DNA of 64,000 nucleotides from Bacteroidota bacterium (GTDB lineage Bacteria; Bacteroidota; Bacteroidia; Flavobacteriales; Flavobacteriaceae): NCBI GenBank assembly GCA_039805885.1, contig JBDLTG010000012.1, positions 3,237 to 67,236 of the forward strand, read 5' to 3'. Shown piece by piece: positions 58,401 to 64,000 of this stretch (position 1 is its first letter; each line of letters starts with the position of its first letter). The notes under the pieces were generated by a model. It saw only the letters and a program-made list of their open reading frames with translations, ran no database searches and was not told where the DNA came from. The position numbers and the translations under genes were made by a program.

Positions 58401-61041
58401 ATTTAAAACCTAAAAAACCAAGACCTTCGGTATTAGAAACAGCATCATAATAAGAGTACAATTGTTTTTTATAATCCGTAGCACTTTGTTTTTCTAACTT
58501 AGTAACCACTTGTATACTTGAGGCAGATTCTATATTTGAATTAGGATAAATCTCCGAGTAAGAGCTATTATAAATGGTATTATAATCTTCATCATAATCA
58601 TTATTCAATGGTTTATAGGCAATAGACTCTTTCACGCCATTACCCGTTGTAATTGCCCTTAATAATTGATCTTGGGTATTGTCTTTATTGGAGTTAAAAT
58701 AGAAAATTTTATTATTACTCAAAAAGGCTATTTCTAAAGTAGGATTATAAGGTTTGTCTTTACTTTGAATTCCTTTACCAGTAGGCAAATAAATAGGAAG
58801 AGCATTAAGGTAAATGTCCGAATTAGTGGGGCTAATAGCTGTAACAGCACTACCATAAAAAAAAACTCCATTAAGATTTTCATAACATGTTACTGTTAAG
58901 GTTCCTAATGTATTACCCGAATTCCTATTACTATTTGTTAAAATTAAATCTGATCTACCATCTTTATCATAATCGGATGCAATATAATTATAGGTATTTG
59001 TAGAGTTGTTCTGCAAAAAACTAATCCCCGAATATGTTTGTGTTGTTTTTATAAAATTGCTTCCTATCGAAGTATATTTATACCACGTTGTCGAACCATA
59101 ACCGTTAGGAATAATAAAATCAGTTTTACCATCTCCATTGTAATCTCCTAATAGAATTGTTTTACTTGAATCTACCGAAATATTCGCGTCTGTATAATCC
59201 CATAATAGAACCAATTGATTGGCATCATTCAGTGTATAACTGGTTACCTTACCGTTCTCAAAAACCATAAAATCTGATTTTCCATCTCCATTTAGATCGG
59301 CTACTTCCACTTTAGAACTGGCAGTCAGATTAGCTAACAATTCCCCTGAATAGGTTAAAAAATTAGAGGTATTGTCTCTTTTTAAATCTACAAAATATAC
59401 TTTTTTAGAGAGGATTGTCGTTTTTTTCTGAGAACAAATAAGGTATTTAGTTATATTCTCAAGTTCCATGTCAATAGCAATCACATCAGTAAGACCATCA
59501 CCATTAAAATCTCCTGATAATATTTTTTTAGGAAAAATTCTGTTACCATAAACAACGTTACAACTTTGAAAACTTACCCCGACTGATTGAGTAGGAAAAT
59601 TCACTACTCTGTCATATTGATAAAGTATTGGATATACACTACTCATACTGTAAACAGTAAAAGTATAATTAGTATCTGTTTTTTTAGCTACAGTCCATCC
59701 CTGTTTAGGCATTAAGTGATTGTTCCAACTCAACCAGGTAGTTGGGAAAATAGTTTCAAAAGCTCCTACATTATGCTGATAACCAAAATTTGTATAATTT
59801 CCAGAATCAATATTAGAAAACAACCAATATTTAGCTTTACTATCAGTACCAGTTGTAGGGTAGATTAAAAATTCCATTTTTTCATCACCGTCAAAATCTC
59901 CCGAAACGGTACCTGCATTCAATGAGGTAATATTTCCAACACTTAAACTTGTTGTTATATCAGCATAAGATATTGATTTATTTGTAGTCTCATAAGTAAA
60001 AATAGTTGGATTATAGCTTTTTAATCCATCACCTGACCTTTCAATAATACTATATAACCTACGATAACCATAAGATGTATAATAATCTAAACTATAAGTT
60101 CTATACCCAATAGAATTACTATAAATATCTATTTTATATATATATTTACTTTTTATAATTTTTTGACCTCCTACATAAGATTCATCTTTTCGACTATCAA
60201 TATCATAACGAAATTGTATTTTATTTATAGGAGAAGAAAGTCCTAATGCCCCATACTCAATAGTAGAGATTGTCAAATTATTATCTGTATTTTCATAAAG
60301 ATAACTTATACGAACTGCCTGTGGGTTTTCCCAATAGGTAATTGCATATTCCATTATACTTCTGGAATCAGTTGAATTACCATAATAAGCTTTCGAGCCA
60401 TCTGGGTATTCAACTAAAAAATAAGCAGGACCATAAGTAGCTCCGCTAGGGTGTACTCCATAAGAAGTAATTTTTATATTTGAAAAATTTTCGGTTTCGT
60501 AAACAGTACCATTAGCTCCATAGGCTCCAGCGGTTCCTGTTTTAACTATCAATCTTTGGCCGTCTAATGCAAATCGATCTAAATTGTCAAAATCCACACC
60601 ATCAATAATACCATCATGAAATTTAGTTGCAGGTATTCTAGTAATTTTAGAAACACCTGCTATATCCCATCGATATCCTGCTAAACCACTACCTCCCTGA
60701 CTATTGTAAGCCAAACTTATTTGAGGAACAACCCCATTAATTCCGGGAGGAACCATAATGGGAACATTGTAAGTAGCAGCTCCGGAAAGTGAAACCGATA
60801 ATTGTCCTTCTGTTATACCTACCTCGTCAGAATATCCTGTAGGTGCGGTTGCTGCAGCCATAGACTGCATCTCAGACATTGACATAGTACTAAATTCATT
60901 AGTGGTATTTAATGTTTTTTGTGCTGGACTGTCAGTTCTTTTAATCGGAACCAAACCTTCAACAGGTGTGCCCCCCATATCTTGTGCAGAAACAAAAAAA
61001 GAAAATCCAAGTAAAAGTAAACTATAGTAAAATTGCTTCAT
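55399..61041 (-). CDS. Secreted SpvB/FG-GAP/RHS-repeat protein (TcB-TcC-like shell), frameshifted shortly after the Rhs core
   Basis: Signal peptide MKQFYYSLLLLGFSFFVSAQ; SpvB-like GAATYNVPIMVPPG..LAYNS; five FG-GAP repeats (e.g. GDFNGDGLTD); YD repeats; core MNGRLYD..RFLQPD..NRYGYVLNNPLKYIDPSG. Confidence 0.93.
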   Translation of the reverse strand: MKQFYYSLLLLGFSFFVSAQDMGGTPVEGLVPIKRTDSPAQKTLNTTNEFSTMSMSEMQSMAAATAPTGYSDEVGITEGQLSVSLSGAATYNVPIMVPPGINGVVPQISLAYNSQGGSGLAGYRWDIAGVSKITRIPATKFHDGIIDGVDFDNLDRFALDGQRLIVKTGTAGAYGANGTVYETENFSNIKITSYGVHPSGATYGPAYFLVEYPDGSKAYYGNSTDSRSIMEYAITYWENPQAVRISYLYENTDNNLTISTIEYGALGLSSPINKIQFRYDIDSRKDESYVGGQKIIKSKYIYKIDIYSNSIGYRTYSLDYYTSYGYRRLYSIIERSGDGLKSYNPTIFTYETTNKSISYADITTSLSVGNITSLNAGTVSGDFDGDEKMEFLIYPTTGTDSKAKYWLFSNIDSGNYTNFGYQHNVGAFETIFPTTWLSWNNHLMPKQGWTVAKKTDTNYTFTVYSMSSVYPILYQYDRVVNFPTQSVGVSFQSCNVVYGNRIFPKKILSGDFNGDGLTDVIAIDMELENITKYLICSQKKTTILSKKVYFVDLKRDNTSNFLTYSGELLANLTASSKVEVADLNGDGKSDFMVFENGKVTSYTLNDANQLVLLWDYTDANISVDSSKTILLGDYNGDGKTDFIIPNGYGSTTWYKYTSIGSNFIKTTQTYSGISFLQNNSTNTYNYIASDYDKDGRSDLILTNSNRNSGNTLGTLTVTCYENLNGVFFYGSAVTAISPTNSDIYLNALPIYLPTGKGIQSKDKPYNPTLEIAFLSNNKIFYFNSNKDNTQDQLLRAITTGNGVKESIAYKPLNNDYDEDYNTIYNSSYSEIYPNSNIESASSIQVVTKLEKQSATDYKKQLYSYYDAVSNTEGLGFLGFKSTAKTNWFDDNNPIISTVSKYDINQRGANTENYTVLGEYNASDYAAPSNFISKTTSTFNSSLGTNKVFSVKLTASEQYNGLEGTSSETTAITYDANNNPLSSTTYLKNGSTIQQTTISNLTYATPTSSPYYVVGRPINKTQSVASGDTMTSEEQYAYNTGGLLTQVKKKGHNTNFITEDNVYDGFGNITKKTISAPALTARETNYEYDSSGRFLTKSIDVEGLATTYNYNTTNGVLNSETNPYGLTTSYLYDSWFKKTKTTDYLGKSNTYSYIRNTEKTKITVTGDDGSYGEELYDDLGRKITASAKDLNGNTSSVSYLYDIYDRNIKISEPYSGGSPSQWNETQFDEYGRTTQNISSTGKTTSISYSGLTTTINDGTKTKTVTKNAIGNVVTVADNPGGSITYTYFANGNLNSTDYGGVATIIEQNGWGRKTKLTDPSAGEYTYTYNDLGEVLTEKTPNSSPNNPTTYTLDAVGKLTQKTIVGTNTNSATTYNYDSTTKLLTSSTFVDVLENNATTTTVYTYDSSKRLVSSEETTPYATFTKQMTYDAFGRINTETSIASAAGKSSSKTVQHIYKNGEPWQIIDATNSQVLWQTNTVNARGQLTGATMANDNISVSNAYDPYGFITQTKQDRLIVSPDNIITFNTLFDSQRGNLTSRTNSLFNWSEDFSNSYDSLDRLTSFKNTAGVTETQSYDDRGRITQNAVGTYNYNDLDSQKAYRNTSVTLTSDALTYYLGNQTQNITYNAFKSPYQIEEAGKDKISFTYNDSNGRSTMFYGSTDTDKLLRPLRKYYSADGSMEIKHNITTGAIEFVTYIGGDGYTAPIVLKSDGTTQNYLYLQRDYQGSIVAISDASGIVLEKRLFDAWGNVLVQDGNGNTLNGLTILDRGYTGHEHLQSVGLIHMNGRLYDAKLHRFLQPDNYVQDPTDTQNYNRYGYVLNNPLKYIDPSGEQASKECVDCLGNNGEGNGAIKSIYDFFKDKENGELIILNQVGVGLIEILAL

Positions 61042-61044
61042 ATC

Positions 61045-61503
61045 TTATTTTTTAACGATTTTGATTGATTTTTGTTCTCCGTTTTTATAAAACAATATTA
61101 CCCCATACATTCCAGTTGGATAACTCTGAAAAGCAATGTTTTGATTGTTCCTTTTATCTAGATTAGTAAACGACTGAAGTATTTGACCATTTAATCCAAA
61201 TACTTGTATTGAAGAAACATAATTCCCTTCAATCAATTCCCATTTAAGAAAAAGTTCTTCTTTTACAGGATTGGGATAATAAGAAATGAGATCTTGAGGA
61301 GAGAATTTCAGCAAATCTCCTTCTTCCATTGCAGTTGCAGTGATCTCTTTCGTTTTCTCATCAATCATCTTTGATGTTGAACAATTGATACATAACAATC
61401 GCTGTATTTGATTGCCTGCATCATCATAAGAAAAAGTAATACGATCTTGTGCTTGAGAGATGCTACAACACAGAAACAGTAGCAAAAAAAAAAGTTTTTT
61501 CAT
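61045..61503 (-). CDS. Small T9SS type A sorting-domain protein with an N-terminal YD-like motif
   Basis: Signal peptide MKKLFFLLLFLCCSISQA; FSYDDAGNQIQR; CTD pattern YPNPVKEEL..IQVFGLNGQIL..GMYGV..KSIKIVKK. Stop lies 3 nt before the Rhs ATG. Confidence 0.9.
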   Translation of the reverse strand: MKKLFFLLLFLCCSISQAQDRITFSYDDAGNQIQRLLCINCSTSKMIDEKTKEITATAMEEGDLLKFSPQDLISYYPNPVKEELFLKWELIEGNYVSSIQVFGLNGQILQSFTNLDKRNNQNIAFQSYPTGMYGVILFYKNGEQKSIKIVKK

Positions 61504-61600
61504 TTTGATAAATTTTAAGAAAATTTTCACAAAATTATCTACTTAAAACAAATCTTACAATACCCACTTTTAGTGATATTTATAAAAAATTTAGCATAAA

Positions 61601-61637
61601 AAAAATGTAAAATCAAACGAATTCGATTTCACATTTT
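61601..61637. repeat. Palindromic repeat copy B
   Basis: AAAAATGTAAAATCAAACGAATTCGATTTCACATTTT, same orientation as copies A and C. Confidence 0.88.
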
Positions 61638-61709
61638 CCCCCTATCTCGTCCTAAAATAGGTTTACAACTTATTTTTAGTCCTGTTATTGGTTTACAATA
61701 ATAGGACTT

Positions 61710-62321
61710 TTAAATTTTTCCATCTTTAAATAAAACCTGAAAAAAGCCGGGAACGGTTTCCTCACGATTCCAATCGCGCTGTAATTCACAAAGCAGTTGG
61801 TTTACCGAAATGAGTTGGCTACCCGCCTGTTCTATTCTTCGCAATGCAATATTATGAGCTTCAGATGAAGTCCCGCCAACAGCATCAACTACAGGGTAAA
61901 CTTCAAAACCTTCTTTTAAAGCGTCAAGAGCGGGGAACGTTAAGCAGGCTTCTGTCCAGAGTGCGGCCATGATTAGTTTTTTCCTTCCTGTCGCCTTTAC
62001 AGCTTCATAAAATTCCTTGTCTTCCCAGGCATTAATACTGGTGCGGTCATAAGAAACGGTATCGGCTAAAACTTCCTTTAAAGGAGCAATCGTATCCTGA
62101 TTTCTACCCGTTTGGACATTTACAGTTGATAAAATTACAGGTATATTAAACACTTTTGCCGTTTTGGCCAAGCGTACAATTTGCTCCACTAAATGGGTCT
62201 GATCCGTCGATTTGATGGAGGATACCTGAATGGGTTGATAATCAATAATAATAAGTGCTGCATTTTCAGGACTTAGCAAATGATCGTTTTTGGGGTCTCG
62301 AATAGGTGATATACTGCTCAT
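61710..62321 (-). CDS. Isochorismatase-like cysteine hydrolase (YcaC family)
   Basis: LIIIDYQP, PVILSTV, RTSINAWED, LWTEACL, VVDAVGG, ELQRDW. Confidence 0.92.
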   Translation of the reverse strand: MSSISPIRDPKNDHLLSPENAALIIIDYQPIQVSSIKSTDQTHLVEQIVRLAKTAKVFNIPVILSTVNVQTGRNQDTIAPLKEVLADTVSYDRTSINAWEDKEFYEAVKATGRKKLIMAALWTEACLTFPALDALKEGFEVYPVVDAVGGTSSEAHNIALRRIEQAGSQLISVNQLLCELQRDWNREETVPGFFQVLFKDGKI

Positions 62322-62351
62322 AATAATAGTAAAAAAGGTTAATTTGAATAA

Positions 62352-62675
62352 TTATAAAAATTTGAATCCATGAAAACTATCATCAACGATGCGTTTCCAT
62401 TCCGGATGTCTTTTGATGTAAGCAAATACTAACGGACAAAGAGGGATGAGTTTGTAATTATTGTCTTCAATATAAGCCAATGTTTTTTCAATTACAGCTG
62501 TAGCCGCACCTTTTCCTTCCAATTCAGACTCTACTTCGGTGTGGATTAAAGCGATAACATTGGGTTGTTCTTTGTAAACGATAAAGGCTTTATGTCCCTC
62601 AACAGTAATTTCAAACTGCTGCTCTTCTTCATTTTTGACAAGAGGAATATTTTCGAATTCTGGTTTCATGCTCAT
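62352..62675 (-). CDS. GNAT N-acetyltransferase (YjdJ-like)
   Basis: HTEVESELEGKGAA, PLCPLV..YIKRHPEW. Confidence 0.9.
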   Translation of the reverse strand: MSMKPEFENIPLVKNEEEQQFEITVEGHKAFIVYKEQPNVIALIHTEVESELEGKGAATAVIEKTLAYIEDNNYKLIPLCPLVFAYIKRHPEWKRIVDDSFHGFKFL

Positions 62676-62837
62676 ATTATTAAATTATTAAACGGTTATT
62701 AGATAAAAACAACAAGCTATTAACTAGCTTGCTATTTTGTTTAACAAATTTACGATTCTGAAAAAAGAAATATCTTAATCTATGTTAAGAAGATAGAGCA
62801 AATCATTTTTAAATCAGGTTTAGACCTTATTCAAATA

Positions 62838-62874
62838 AAAAATGTGAAATCAAACGAATTCGATTCCACATTTT
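62838..62874. repeat. Palindromic repeat copy C (terminator of symporter gene)
   Basis: AAAAATGTGAAATCAAACGAATTCGATTCCACATTTT, 26 nt after the symporter stop. Confidence 0.88.
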
Positions 62875-62900
62875 CACATTTAAAACTATTATTTTTAATC

Positions 62901-64000
62901 TTACCAGAACTTCACGTACAAAGCAGCGATAATTAATAATGTAAGAATGATTAATACTGTAGTTTGAGGTTTTACCTTAAACATTTCAGTATCTAATTCA
63001 AAAGCTTTCGGATTTACTTTTGGTCCAGCAAAACTGATTCCAACCATAAGTAGCATTGTAAACAAGAATGATAATCCCATACAAATGTGGAATGGGATTT
63101 CGAAACCACCTTTACCATTTGGCCAAGCCGTGTATAAGAAAGTTTCGTTTCCAAACATTGCCGGTGCAAATTCGTTGAATAAAACCGATAATAAGAAACC
63201 TGCAATTACACCCACAATAGCAGCTGTTCCTGTAGTTCTTTTCCAGAACATCCCTAAAAAGAACATAGCAAAAACTCCCGGGCTAATAAATCCTGTGTAT
63301 TTTTGGATATAAGTAAATCCTCCTACTCCACCAATTCCTAATACATCATTCCAAGTAAACAATACTGCAAGAACCATTGAAGCAAAAACGGCATATCTAC
63401 CAATGTTTACCTGAGCTCTGTCTGAAGCCTCTTTTTGAATGTATTTTTTGTGAACGTCTAAGGTATAAATTGTAGAAATACTGTTTACTTTACCTGCTAA
63501 CGAAGCCACAATAGCAGCAGTCAAAGCCGCAACTGACAATCCTTTTAATCCTGTTGGCAAGAAAGTCAACATTGCCGAATAAGCTCCATCTTTTCCTCCA
63601 ACTAATTGTGGTAAATGTCCTCCTTCGTATAAAACGTAAGCTGCAATACCAGGCAACATCACAATTACAGGCATTAATAATTTCAACATACCTGCAAACA
63701 AAATCCCTGTACGAGCCGTTTGTAAATCAGCACCCAAAGCTCTTTGCGTAATGTATTGGTTACATCCCCAGTAATTTAAGTTGATGATCCAGATACCTGC
63801 TAAATAAGACAACATTCCAGGAAAAGTAAGGTATTTATCAATTTCTAATTGCGAAGAAGTAGCTGTTGGTCTAGGAATAATCATTTTGAAATGCTCTGGT
63901 GCTTTTTCCATCAAAATATTAAATCCTGCAATAGCATCTTTCCCTACTCCAAAATATTCTCCAACTGTAGTTAAAGCAATATAAGAAGTTACCAAACCTC
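62901..64000 (-). CDS. Sodium:solute (sugar) symporter, SGLT/SSS family, 5' end outside window
   Basis: YWGCNQYITQRALGA, LKLLMP..PGIAA, AAIVASLAGKVNSISTIYTLD, FLGMFWKR. Confidence 0.93.
   Translation of the reverse strand, partial: GLVTSYIALTTVGEYFGVGKDAIAGFNILMEKAPEHFKMIIPRPTATSSQLEIDKYLTFPGMLSYLAGIWIINLNYWGCNQYITQRALGADLQTARTGILFAGMLKLLMPVIVMLPGIAAYVLYEGGHLPQLVGGKDGAYSAMLTFLPTGLKGLSVAALTAAIVASLAGKVNSISTIYTLDVHKKYIQKEASDRAQVNIGRYAVFASMVLAVLFTWNDVLGIGGVGGFTYIQKYTGFISPGVFAMFFLGMFWKRTTGTAAIVGVIAGFLLSVLFNEFAPAMFGNETFLYTAWPNGKGGFEIPFHICMGLSFLFTMLLMVGISFAGPKVNPKAFELDTEMFKVKPQTTVLIILTLLIIAALYVKFW

Noticed and set aside
55399-61041. Complete ABC/Tc insecticidal toxin or T6SS effector
   Set aside because: No TcA, VgrG, PAAR or Hcp gene is in the window, and the protein has a Sec signal peptide.
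54005-62874. Palindromic repeats as a CRISPR array
   Set aside because: Spacing is 7.6 kb and 1.2 kb and contains genes; no cas genes are present.
125-63751. Numerous 60-115 aa ORFs overlapping annotated genes on the opposite strand or in another frame (e.g. 125-472, 2598-2876, 11779-12072, 26412-26684, 36777-37103, 52869-53195, 57384-57638)
   Set aside because: Shadow ORFs of well-supported genes, with no recognisable motifs or independent expression signals.
1-64000. tRNA, rRNA, riboswitch, IS transposase or integrase
   Set aside because: No cloverleaf, rRNA-like tract, known riboswitch consensus or DDE/tyrosine-recombinase ORF was recognised by eye; a covariance-model scan would be needed to exclude small RNAs.

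Overview
AT-rich Flavobacterium-like (Bacteroidota) chromosomal window. Left to right: the end of a TolC/MFP/RND efflux operon; a PepSY iron-uptake module with Fur-box-like sites; an SDR-uxuA hexuronate pair; aspS; a cold-shock gene; a complete 14-gene nuoA-N complex I operon with small intergenic repeats and a short NuoG; and DsbA/FrnE and Gfo/Idh/MocA genes. Next comes an AraC gene plus a ~22 kb xyloglucan-type polysaccharide utilization locus (SusC/D, surface lipoprotein, GH31, GH97, GH39, GH3, BACON-GH5, GH42, SGNH esterase, NrtR-type regulator, GPH transporter). That block is bracketed by two paralogous small secreted genes that share a 33-bp upstream block. After umuC-umuD lies an apparent insertion hotspot marked by three same-orientation copies of a ~37-bp palindrome. 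It holds a four-part polymorphic-toxin locus (small YD-motif + T9SS-CTD protein; signal-peptide SpvB/FG-GAP/RHS giant protein; unassigned C-terminal toxin domain cut off by a 1-nt frameshift; putative immunity gene) and a YcaC/GNAT pair. The window ends inside a sodium:sugar symporter. The most notable candidate system is the toxin locus: the Rhs shell has no T9SS signal of its own, and its tightly linked partner could supply one in trans. No rRNA, tRNA, CRISPR, integrase or transposase was recognised. All family calls come from motif recognition; no database searches were run.
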